A DNA stretch of 63,008 nucleotides, counting the filler, from Aduncisulcus paluster (taxonomy: Eukaryota), in NCBI GenBank assembly GCA_024181965.1. It is 15 parts of 15 records of this genome, joined end to end, with 100 filler letters (N's around TTAATTAATTAA, not from the genome) between each part and the next. Parts side by side here need not be neighbours in the genome. Positions count along the whole stretch, not along the records: positions 33,192 to 43,852 come from BQXS01009684.1; positions 43,953 to 51,472 come from BQXS01009687.1; 13 more parts are not named here. One strand, written 5' to 3'. Each line of letters opens with the position of its first letter. The stretch's first letter is position 1. A program made the position numbers and the translations under genes. This document shows, in pieces, positions 34,722 to 45,318 of the stretch. Below the pieces are notes generated by a model. That model saw only the letters and a list, made by a program, of their open reading frames with translations, was not told where the DNA came from and made no database searches.

Positions 34722-36865
34722 TTACTTTTCTCGTATATTCAAATAAATGATGGCCAACGTGCTCAACACAACATCAACAGCAATTTCAAAACTATATAAA
34801 ATTCGTACTTTGAGCAAAATGACACTAATTGAACAAAAACACAATGCACAAAAAACTGTCAACAATAAATTAACAACCATTTGTTTCAACCATTTTGCAG
34901 TGGCATCCATGGATGAAGTTATGGCTCTTTGAGAGAAAATTTCATCCATCGCTTGTTTTTTCAATCGTTTCAACCGAGTATTTGTAAGATATTGTTGGCT
35001 GATTGGTACAAACCCAGCCAAATCCGAAGCGTGATCCATTGAAGGAATTGTACCAGGATAATCCTCATCTTTTGAGATAGAGTTCCTTGAGTATCTTGAT
35101 AGAATAACGCCAGATTGTGGAGCAATGGAGAGCGGGGAAGCTTGGTCTTGAACAAGTAGTGGAGTTGTTACGGTTGATTTCTTTGAGTGGGTACTGAGAG
35201 AAGGAGAAGAAGAGAGTGGAACATCTATTATATTAATATCCTTCTTTGATATGGTAACACTCGAGCCATGAGGTTGAGAGATTGGACTGATCGGGAGTGC
35301 GTCAGTGTCATGTGGATCCACCAACATCTCGGCGAGGACAGCATCATCGCTACATTCCTCAGAACATTCACCATCAGAACATTGCAAAGTTGACGTTCGG
35401 CGCTTTCCAATGCCCATACATGGCGCTGGATTCATTCTTCCTGCTGGACAATCTTTTCGAAGTTTTGAATGTTTAACCAATGTTTCTTCAACAGCTTCTG
35501 CATTTCTTTGATCTTGTTTTTTGGACAATGTCATTCCTTTTGGTTCTTCAACTTCCACAACAACCATACTCACAATCTGACCCCCATTATCATCGCCAAT
35601 TATTTTCGACCCCAATGACAAAGTTTCTGGTTGAATGGTTTTCTTTGTTGATGGGACATCTTCCCTTTCTCTGTAATCTCCTTCAGCACTCGCAGAATCA
35701 GTGATGTTTGAGAGACACGCATTACTGGTACTCTGATACTGGTAACCAGGAGATTGGGGCGAGGATAAATGAAGAATTGGAGAAGAATCTCTTTCATGAT
35801 GTGTCATTGTTATATCATCTTTCTCGTCTGTTTTGGATTTATAAGAATTCAGTCCTTGACCATGACTCGTTGAAGCAGCTTGATTGATTTCTTTTTGTTC
35901 ATCCTCTTCCGATCCATACATTACCCCACTCCTAGTGTGAATTGTATCCGACATCCTTAAATCCTTGAAAGTCGGTATCGATTCGTCTTTATCTTGAGCA
36001 TCAAGGGTAAGCTTTCCATGAATGGCATCTTGTGAAGGCATTATAATGTGAGGAGAATGTCTTCCCGGCGAGTTTCTAAGTTTCAGTTTAAGGATAAAGA
36101 AGAATAACCAACGGTTTTTGAATAATTTCCATTCTTGGTGCTCTTTTACAAAGGCTGATACAATGGTTGCAATGCCAAGAGCCATTGGATGGAATGCCTG
36201 GTTGAAAACCCACATCCAATATGGGGTAAAAGTAAACGAATATACAGATTCACAGTTATCATCAGAATAATCATTGGAAAAATCACAATTCTGATTATTT
36301 GAAAAGAAAAAGGAGGCAATTTTAGGGAAAGGAAGCGTAGTGACGAAATGTAATATTGAAGATATTAGACAGACAAACGAAGTTGCAAAAAAGGCATTTC
36401 CAAGAGGTCGAGGGTATATTGTAGCCATCAAAAAAACACCAACAAAAGATAATGTTATAGATAAGGCTATTTTCCTTTGAAATAACAAAAATATGAACAA
36501 TTGACGATTAAAATATGCGTTAGTGACAAATGAAAAAGAAAAATATTCCAGATATCGATGTTGGAAACATACACTTCAAATGAATAGAAAATAGAAATTG
36601 TATTTGGAACATATTTATGGTATAAATCAACTATAGATTCTCGTTGACTTCGATATATCGACAACTCTCTCATAACGAAGGTATAACATGCAAATGTGAA
36701 TGAAATAATGATAAATATAAAATATAGAATAACGGCAATTGAATTTTTAGAAAATGTTGCCTCATAATCGGACATTTGGCGTTCATTCTCGAGCTTTTGA
36801 AATTCTTTCCATTCTTCTTCTTCATTTTGGGGGAAAATTTCAAGTTTTTCACCCGAGTCTTTCAT
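34722..36865 (-). CDS. Multi-pass membrane protein with a long hydrophilic loop; exons 36573-36865 and 34722-36474 (681 aa)
   Basis: Intron 36475-36572 (GTATGT...CACTAAC...CAAAG) joins two ORFs in frame; about 6-7 hydrophobic segments. Confidence 0.8.
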
Positions 36866-37336
36866 ATTATATCCTACTTTCCAAAATAAACTGTATAAAG
36901 TATTCGATAATAACAAATTTGGATGAAATAATAATTTCACTTGTCAAAAAATGACAAGATCATCGTGAAATTATCGAAATTTATCAATCGATTTAACTAA
37001 TATTATAATATAATATGTTTTCTTCATCTTTTCGCTGCTGTAATCATACCTCGTCACCAGAAAAAAGGACAAAACTTTCAAAAACGTTTTGTTTCCATTT
37101 TTCGACCGAGGGACAAAGAAATACAAATAATCAACAATAAAAATATCAATACTCACAATTAAATAATACCCAAGTTTACTTAATCCCACTTTTCTTTCTT
37201 TCTTTCCAATCTTCCAAGCCTTGGCATTGGATCATCGAAGGTTGCGTGGAGCCACGCTCCATAAAAGTAATAAAATAATAACAATGAAAAAAAAGCAAAT
37301 AATTAAACAAATTCTTAATTCTTATCATGTATTTTC

Positions 37337-39295
37337 TTATTCTTGTGTCAAATCATACATAGCTTGTACGAATGCCGGATTAGAATGATGCGAGTGAGAA
37401 GAAGAAATATCCCCAAACCCAGTCTCATGCCGCGAAGAAATAGGTCCATGGTGATATTGGCCCAAGATCTGCCCAGCTTCATCATACACAGAGTGATCTT
37501 GGTGGTGATAGGAAGGAGAAAGAGTTGGAGAAACATGTTCGGTTCCAGCCGAAAGATGAACGGTTCCAGCCGAAGGATGAACGGTTCCAGCCGAAGGATG
37601 AACAAATTTCGTCGGTTGCTGAGAAATAGGTTGCTGAGATATAGGTTGCTGAGATATAGTAGGTTGCTGAGTTTCTTCGCCTCCTTCCATTGTATCCTTT
37701 CCCTTGATACGGGTAGAATCACCACTCTGGGACCTGGGATCGTCGAGTGGAGCTGTTGAATCCAACATTCCAAATTGATGAGAGTCGACTTCTAGATGTG
37801 GAGAGCTTTGATGATGCATTGGAATTCCGGCATACTCTTCATACATCATTCCATCGCCATGAATAGCATTAGGATGGGTGGAAAACATCATTGCATCGGC
37901 AAATCCCAACGCTGAATGACGTTGAACATCTTGAAGCAGACGTTGTTCTTTAGTTTGAGCTTGGGCAAGCTTTTTAGTCAGCTGAAGGACAGATGCATGC
38001 GATTCACGATAATCTTCAGTCTTTTTCTCCAATTTACCATTTAATTCGGCGATCTTTTCAGCCTTTTCAACACAATCTGCCTGGCAAGAAATGAGTCTGG
38101 ACTTGATCTCACCCTCAGAATGCTTGAGATGGGTGATCTCCCTTTCTTTCGAGTCTATTTTGGTTCTGAGAAGTTCAATGTCCTTCAAACATGATTTCCA
38201 TGAGTCAGTGCTTGAAGCCAGCTCCTGATCTAATAATGATAGTCGTTTCCGGCAATCGTGAAGAGATTCCTGCGTTTGTTGATATAAAGATTGTTTGGCA
38301 GCTATTAGGGCATCCTTGGAGGCTATTTCACGTTCGAGAGTGTCGACTTTCGATGATAAGGCAGTAATCATGGAGGAAGATTCTTGACATTTATCCGTAA
38401 CGACTTGAGCTTTCATCTTTTCTTCTTTCAGAGTAGATTCATGAATATTGATCGTTAGTTCAAGCGAAGAGCATCTTTCTTTCCACTGGGTCTCACTTGA
38501 TTCCCTTTCTTTCACAGAAGTCTCTAATTGAGTCTTCAAGAAAGATATTTGAGTCTCAGAGTCAGATAATTGTTTAGACAAGGCAGATATATGCTCTTGA
38601 CTATCCCGTTGATGTTTAACGTCCTGTTCTTTGAGAGATTCAAGTTGTCCGGAATAGGATTGGATTAGAGCTTCTTCATGTTCTTTTTGTAATGATACTT
38701 CATTTTCCAAGTCTTCAATTTCCTGAGCCCATTTTTTCTCTCTTTCAGTGAGTTCTTTTGTCCGACTTTCCATTTCTTTTTCAGCAGTTTCCATAGTTTC
38801 TTGCATTTCTTTGGTTTCATGCTTAGCATCAGCTTCAGCGTCACGAGCAACAGAGGTTTGTTGTTGTTGTTCAAGTAAACGGTGATGAAGATGAGAAATT
38901 ATATCTTCATGAGAGGGGGCTTCCATTTTCATGGTGAAACGACGAACTGTTTGTATATCGTGCTGCTCTTCGAGTAAAAACTCTGCAGATGGTCCACAAT
39001 CCATAGTATCATGTATTTTTAAAACAAAAACTAAGATTGACTCCGCCTTACACACTTCATTAGCCCATGAGCGAAGGAGATCCGGAAAATCTTTAAAATC
39101 AATTCTAAGTCTATTATCATTCTTAATTTGAATAAATTTATCACGATCTAATGAAATTCTATAAAAAATATATTTTGGAGCCCCATCAGAAGTGAAGCTG
39201 ATAACAATTTTGTTTTCTTTATGATTTTCAATTGATAAATATCCAAATAATGACATTTTTGGATGACAGGACTCTAATATGTAAGGAACCTGCAT
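37337..39295 (-). CDS. SAS6: Centriolar cartwheel protein SAS-6
   Basis: PISA-like head (FTSDGAPKYIFYRISLDRDKFIQIKNDNRLRIDFKDFP), long coiled coil, disordered tail with QQPIS and VHPSAGT repeats. Confidence 0.8.
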   Translation of the reverse strand: MQVPYILESCHPKMSLFGYLSIENHKENKIVISFTSDGAPKYIFYRISLDRDKFIQIKNDNRLRIDFKDFPDLLRSWANEVCKAESILVFVLKIHDTMDCGPSAEFLLEEQHDIQTVRRFTMKMEAPSHEDIISHLHHRLLEQQQQTSVARDAEADAKHETKEMQETMETAEKEMESRTKELTEREKKWAQEIEDLENEVSLQKEHEEALIQSYSGQLESLKEQDVKHQRDSQEHISALSKQLSDSETQISFLKTQLETSVKERESSETQWKERCSSLELTINIHESTLKEEKMKAQVVTDKCQESSSMITALSSKVDTLEREIASKDALIAAKQSLYQQTQESLHDCRKRLSLLDQELASSTDSWKSCLKDIELLRTKIDSKEREITHLKHSEGEIKSRLISCQADCVEKAEKIAELNGKLEKKTEDYRESHASVLQLTKKLAQAQTKEQRLLQDVQRHSALGFADAMMFSTHPNAIHGDGMMYEEYAGIPMHHQSSPHLEVDSHQFGMLDSTAPLDDPRSQSGDSTRIKGKDTMEGGEETQQPTISQQPISQQPISQQPTKFVHPSAGTVHPSAGTVHLSAGTEHVSPTLSPSYHHQDHSVYDEAGQILGQYHHGPISSRHETGFGDISSSHSHHSNPAFVQAMYDLTQE

Positions 39296-39654
39296 TTTTG
39301 CTAAAGATCCAAAAAGAAATAATGGAGATTTAGAACATTGGTTTTTGGCCGGCCAGCATATGTATCGTTGGCAACCGGCAAAACGGCTACGTTGCGCAAA
39401 GTATAACAAATTACGAAAAATAATCTAATTATTACAAACTAAAAAAATTCTGACAAAAACAAACGAGTAAAGAGTCTTTATTAAAGACAAAAGCAATTAA
39501 AATGGAAATTTATTATATTTCGATTGGCAAAAACAACCTCAGTTTGAAGGGTTCAATTAAAAAATTAATATGGCGCTTTGAAATTATCTATTTGTTAGAA
39601 TCTAACAGGTGTGAATAGTTCTTCCTTCTTATTCGTATTTCTTTCACTGTGACC

Positions 39655-40746
39655 TCACACAATTGAATCAGAACCAAGTCTTTCCACTTCTTGCTGAACA
39701 ACTCCTCTTCCACAGACCACAATAGGGATCTTGACACCGAAGTTCCTTCCCATTTTCACACCGACGTTGACAACCATCGAATAAGATACCCTGAATAACT
39801 TGAGACCATCTCTTGGACCGGATGAAGGTGCAGGCAGATGAATAACTCCATCCAAGGGATCATATCCAAGTTTGGCTGTTTCTGGACTCATCTCAAGGAA
39901 ATTATCCTCGAACCTGAGCACAAAGGTCTCGGTTTTCTTCTCTCCAGCTGGAACAATAAACTCTCTATCGTATACCTCACGGGGTAGCAAAAGTCTTTCC
40001 TCAAATAGATCTTCAACGAGTCCTGTCTTAACTATTTTCTCATTAATATCGATCCGATAATATAAATATGTCTTAATCTTGGTGACTTTATGCTTTGAAT
40101 CGTTATTAACGGAAACATTGACGACAAAAGTATCACGAGGAGCAGGACTCGATCTAGTGTCCGGAATTAGTGTACGATTTGTGAAAACTGCCTTGGGAGC
40201 AGCAACAACATCAAGCATTATGTCTCCACTGAAAGTAACCGTATGTTTCTCAGTTTGGTGGATTTTCTTAATTGGGATGGGATGTTCGGGAGTATGGGCA
40301 ACATAGAGTTCCGTATCAGCAAGAACTCTTCCTTTTGTCGGAGAAACCATGCCAATAATTTCGAGAACATGCTCAACGCGACCAACAGATCCTCCTACAC
40401 ATGTTCCAGGAGCAGATTCTGGAATTGTGAACTTTCCAGAAAGAATAGAAAAACTTTCCGATGATTCTTCATCAATTTCAAGTGGGCTTGTAACACTGTA
40501 GTGGTTAACTTCCCTTCCAACGGTTTTTCTCTCTTGACCTTCATATTCACCCCATAATACGGTTTCTTTACAGGATAAACGGGCAGTAATGTTTTTGTAT
40601 TCAATTTTAATTGGCCCTTTAACTTGGAAAGAAAATGAATCGCCGGTTACCAACACTGCAATAGGGATAATAAACTCCCAAGTATCTTTCAGAGGTTTTA
40701 CGGGACCTCCCAGCATTTCTACTTTTTTAGAAAGTAAATAAGACAT
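39655..40746 (-). CDS. Arrestin-fold (alpha-arrestin-like) protein
   Basis: CKETVLW, FTIPESAPGT.VG..GRVEHVL, VNVSVNNDSKHKVTKI, LFRVSYSMVV and IPIVV. Confidence 0.75.
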   Translation of the reverse strand: MSYLLSKKVEMLGGPVKPLKDTWEFIIPIAVLVTGDSFSFQVKGPIKIEYKNITARLSCKETVLWGEYEGQERKTVGREVNHYSVTSPLEIDEESSESFSILSGKFTIPESAPGTCVGGSVGRVEHVLEIIGMVSPTKGRVLADTELYVAHTPEHPIPIKKIHQTEKHTVTFSGDIMLDVVAAPKAVFTNRTLIPDTRSSPAPRDTFVVNVSVNNDSKHKVTKIKTYLYYRIDINEKIVKTGLVEDLFEERLLLPREVYDREFIVPAGEKKTETFVLRFEDNFLEMSPETAKLGYDPLDGVIHLPAPSSGPRDGLKLFRVSYSMVVNVGVKMGRNFGVKIPIVVCGRGVVQQEVERLGSDSIV

Positions 40747-40963
40747 CGTAATGTCCTCAATTATTGACCAAAACACAGGAGAAAAATGTCTTTTCACAAC
40801 ACTCAACAATTTACAAATATTCATATCTTTATGTGACAAAATGCAAATAACACGTTATTTTAAGTTTAAATTTTTTTTCAAAATAATGAAATGAATAATA
40901 TTAACAGATATTTCATAAATTGGTCGATTTGTTCCCTTACAGAGGTATCAATGAGTTGTTATT

Positions 40964-43432
40964 ATGAAAAGACGATATTATGGCGAATCAAAAGATGAAT
41001 TAGTATATTCACTTCCAGAAAAACACGATCATTCAGACAATATCAGAACGAATCCTGTAATTGAAGCTAGTGATGGAGCTGACCTTGAAATTCCCAAATA
41101 TTTGCCAAAAAAACATACACCATTAGATTATTTATTGCTCCGACAATTCGAAACGGTATTGAGCCAATCATCCCTTTCTCGCACCGAAAAAGATAATTTT
41201 TCATTGTTTAGAACTTCAAACGGATCATGGATTGGATTAATTGGCGATTTCAATGATGTCATTGGTGAAATTAAGCCCAATATTAACCCTGATGAATCCA
41301 TGATGTTGATTGGTGATATTAGTGATGAAATCTCTTCATCTCATCCTCAAAAACGGCAATCTAAAATTTCATCTGAGCTTAAGACATCATTTCAACCCAC
41401 AATACCTCCAGATAAAGAGATCAATCCAACATCTTACATATCATGCGATCCAATCAAGACTATTGGCGAATCACATGATGTAAAGAGAGAAGAGGAAGAA
41501 ATAGAAGCAACAGAAGCAACTGAAGCAACAGAAGCAACTGAAGAAGATGATGGTACTATTTTTAGATTTCCAGAAACTGAATCCAAATCTGGATTGGATT
41601 CTCTCCACTCACTTCTTTCCTTGTACAATTCCCATGTTTCTCAGACTATGTCCAGTGTTACTCATATTTCTCCCGATACATTGACCCATCTCGTTCTCTC
41701 GTCCATGCAACTCCCCAAGGAGCACATTGATGAGACTAGAGTTCATCGTTTGCACAAAGAACGATCTTTCGTATCAAATAATAACGAACAAACACATTTG
41801 ATCCGTGATATTCCCGTGAAATCTGATCATTCTGATTATGCTCAGCTGTTTTGTTCATTCACAAATGGTCCAGTGCCATTCCCGTTATATCCTTCTTTCT
41901 CACCTCCCAAATTATCCATTGAATTATTTAGACATTCCATGTACCTCATTCAACATGTTATCCCTTTCCTATCGCCGTATCTTATAATGCACAATCGTCC
42001 AATGACCAATTGTAACAGTGGTACTACCAATATACAAAACGCTGGAACACGAACACGAACTCCTCTTGGAACCATCCATGCTGGATCCTCTGCAGACATA
42101 TGCCCGACATCTATCTCTCCTTCTGCACGTTATCATATTATATCTCATCAAGATACCTCCTCATCTTCATCTTCATCTTCTTTCTCATCTGGTTCTAAAA
42201 ATAGAATTATTCCTCAAGGAAGAGTTTGTGCATTGGTCAGTGATCGGTATCTTGAGGATGAGGTTGGTGAGTATGTATTGTGTTTGCTTCAACTCCCTAC
42301 TTTGCGCTTAATTCATGCCCCCGAGAGAGAAGTCATGCTTTCTCTCACAAGATCTTTCTCATCTAAATCTAAAAATAGAAACAAATCTTTTTCACAAATG
42401 ACCAAAGAAATGGCAACAGTGTGTGTCGGAGAAGGCTCTGTCATGAGTTGTTCCCAAAGATCCCAAGAAAAGTGTCAGATAGAAGAAAAGGAAGAAGAAA
42501 AGGAAGAGAAGGAAAAGGAAGAGAAGGAAGAGGAAGAGAAGGAAGAAGAATCACAAAAAGAACAATGTAAATTATTAAATGTTAATTTTGAAAGTGAAAC
42601 ACCCATAATTACTGATACGATAGAAAGCGAAGAACACCGACATTCCATCCAATATTCTAGCATTTTATCAAGAATTAAACAACAACCATCATCAAACACA
42701 CCACATTCTTTTCTTCCTTCTTTCAAAACCGCGGGTTTCCATTTTCCTTCAGATTCGATTGGAGATTTGATTCATATGAATGCTGTGTCGACATGTCATC
42801 GTATTATTGCTGGTATTTGTGCTGTGGATGCATGCTTTGTGCTATTACAGACGACACCAGACACTTATTTATGCCATTTACATGTCATTGAGTATCTACG
42901 ACTCACTCGGCCCAATTGTGTTATTATAGAGACATTTTGTAACGTTGCTAATCCCAAGACAATTCAGTATACGCGTCAAGGGAAAGGAATGATTCACAAA
43001 GCAATTAGTAGCGTTTTAAATCGTGATGCTTTGCCTCCTTTGTCATATTCTTCAACTCATCCAACGTCATTATTCTCACTTAAATCTATTTTGGGATGTA
43101 TATCTACCTTCCCTACACAAAGGGCTTGTGGAATGTTGAATGATTTATGGGTCAAAAAATACATTTCATTGTGTGTTCGAGCAATCCGAAGCGAAGAGTA
43201 TTTTAAAAATGATACTTTGATTGAATCTGACCATCTTGGCAGCACTGGTTCTTATCCATATTCCATTTCTCCTTGTTCTCACCCTTCTTGTGAACTAATT
43301 ATATCTGGTAGTCTTTATAAGAATCCTCAAAAACAATCCAAAAATTTGGGAAAATTTTCAATGATTGGAAAAGGGGGGAAAGCAGTGAAACGAAAGATAT
43401 TTGATAAACTTAATCATCCCTCCTCCTCTCTC

Positions 43433-43467
<35 letters not shown>

Positions 43468-43852
43468 TCTTCTTCCTCTTCTTCTTCCGAATTCTATTTC
43501 CCTTCTATAGCTAAATTATTTTGTTCAGGTTCCTTCTCGTTACAGTTTCTTCTCAAACATGATACCGAAATAGCCCATCAATATTCTCAACCAATTCCAT
43601 TCTTCCCTCTAATATTTTCCAACATTTTCTTGGGATATTCAATCTGGAAAATTTTATGGCAATGTGAACTTTCGTATTCGAGCTCCAACAAACAAGTAAT
43701 TTCAAATATCTCCAAAATTGAGGCCATGAAGACAGAGATTGATCTATTATATAAACAATGTTCACAATTGCATGAACTTGAACATTTGTTGCCGATATAT
43801 CCAATTATTCCTCTTCGTTCTCTCACATGCATTACATTGCCCATGTTATTGC
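40964..43852 (+). CDS. Hypothetical protein, frameshifted at a (TCT)n tract near 43430, 3' partial
   Basis: 848-aa ORF; an alternative frame is open from the poly-Ser tract to the contig end. Confidence 0.6.
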
Positions 43853-43953
43853 NNNNNNNNNNNNNNNNNNNNNNNNNNNNNNNNNNNNNNNNNNNNTTAA
43901 TTAATTAANNNNNNNNNNNNNNNNNNNNNNNNNNNNNNNNNNNNNNNNNNNNG

Positions 43954-44220
43954 TCTACACACGAATTAAAATCTCTCATTGGAAGTATTATTCATCTCAA
44001 AAAGAATCCCGAGATTTTTTCATTTGCCACAGACCTTAATACACAGCGCAAAAAGCATAAAGAAATGGATGACGCAGAATTTCTTAAATTTATATTGGAA
44101 AAAAGTATTTTAGAAGTTCAAGTTAAAATCGATAAAGCCTCTCAAGATGTCGAACGACTTGAAGATGCCCGTTTAGATCTTGCGATTAAAATACCCCCAA
44201 CAGATATGCTGAAAGAATGA
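43954..44220 (+). CDS. 3' end of a hypothetical coiled-coil protein
   Basis: Frame open from the contig edge: STHELKSLIG...PPTDMLKE*. Confidence 0.5.
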   Translation, partial: STHELKSLIGSIIHLKKNPEIFSFATDLNTQRKKHKEMDDAEFLKFILEKSILEVQVKIDKASQDVERLEDARLDLAIKIPPTDMLKE

Positions 44221-44701
44221 AAATTAATCATATCTATTTCAAAAATTCACTTACCATTCCTACTATGTGGTATTTATCACCTCATATTTTTATTTTTGTG
44301 CATCTCGTTAATGAGATGAATAACGACAATGAAATTATTATAAATTGTTAATATATTACATAACTTAAATATTTCATAAATAAACTTTTTTCGTTTAAAT
44401 TGTTTTGTCCCCTTTTTCTCAATGAGAAATTGATTCTATTTTTGTCGATGGCCAAGGATTAGATTCACTAAAATGTCCCTTTGTCGTGGAAGTTGTAAGT
44501 AGCTACTTTTGAAATTCTTTTTTTTAATTATTTCTCGTATTCCTCTAACCTAATAACCTTTTTATTAACTTTTATCTCGCCTTTTCTGATATTTCTCTGA
44601 TTTTATGTGTTCTATTGATTTTATATGAATAATAATAATAATTCCCCTTTTTTATTCAATTGTTTATTATATTTTATTTAATTTTTTATTATTAGGCTAA
44701 C

Positions 44702-45133
44702 ATGCGTATCTGCACTGTGAAGGATGTTCCCTCTGCCGCTCTTGTTATGGCCATGGCCGCTCATCTTAAAGCCAACAAGATGATCGAGCTCCCTAAGTGG
44801 CACGATATCGTTAAGACTGGTTGCACCAAGGAACTCCCTCCTCTTGATGAGGACTGGTTCTTCATCCGTGCTGCCGCTATCCTCCGTCGTACCTACGTCC
44901 GCGGTCAGGTTGGTATTGGTGCCTTCCGTAAGATTTTCGGTGAAGCTCAGAACAATGGAAACTGTCCTAGTCACTTCCGTAGATCTTCTGGTGCCGTTAT
45001 CCGTCAGTGTGTTAAGGGTCTCGAGAAGGCTGGTCTCGTGAAGAAGGTTAAGGGTACTTCTGGAAGGAGCATCACTCGTAAGGGTCAACAGGAACTTGAT
45101 AAGATTGCCCGTGGTCTCCGTCCCAAGAAATAA
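44702..45133 (+). CDS. RPS19: 40S ribosomal protein eS19
   Basis: TVKDV..P.W.DIVKTG..KELPP.DEDWFFIRAAAILR..GR.IT.KGQQELD.IA; strong codon bias. Confidence 0.97.
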   Translation: MRICTVKDVPSAALVMAMAAHLKANKMIELPKWHDIVKTGCTKELPPLDEDWFFIRAAAILRRTYVRGQVGIGAFRKIFGEAQNNGNCPSHFRRSSGAVIRQCVKGLEKAGLVKKVKGTSGRSITRKGQQELDKIARGLRPKK

Positions 45134-45318
45134 AACCAATAAAGCTTGATCATAGTATTGTATAGTTTTTTCTATGTGTAACTGTTTAGAACATAAAATA
45201 ACTTTTGTTTATTTAAATATCATTGCGTTGAATGGGTTATAACTTCAATAAACTTAAAATTTGTTTGTTTTGGCAGGAACAAATACAAAATGTTCAAAAT
45301 GCGTGTTTTGCTTCATAT

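Noticed and set aside
37540-37670. 21-bp and 15-bp tandem repeats resembling an array
   Set aside because: In-frame coding repeats in the SAS-6 tail with no spacers.
44678-45139. 153-aa ORF antisense to RPS19, and similar shadow ORFs inside long genes
   Set aside because: Explained by codon bias on the coding strand.
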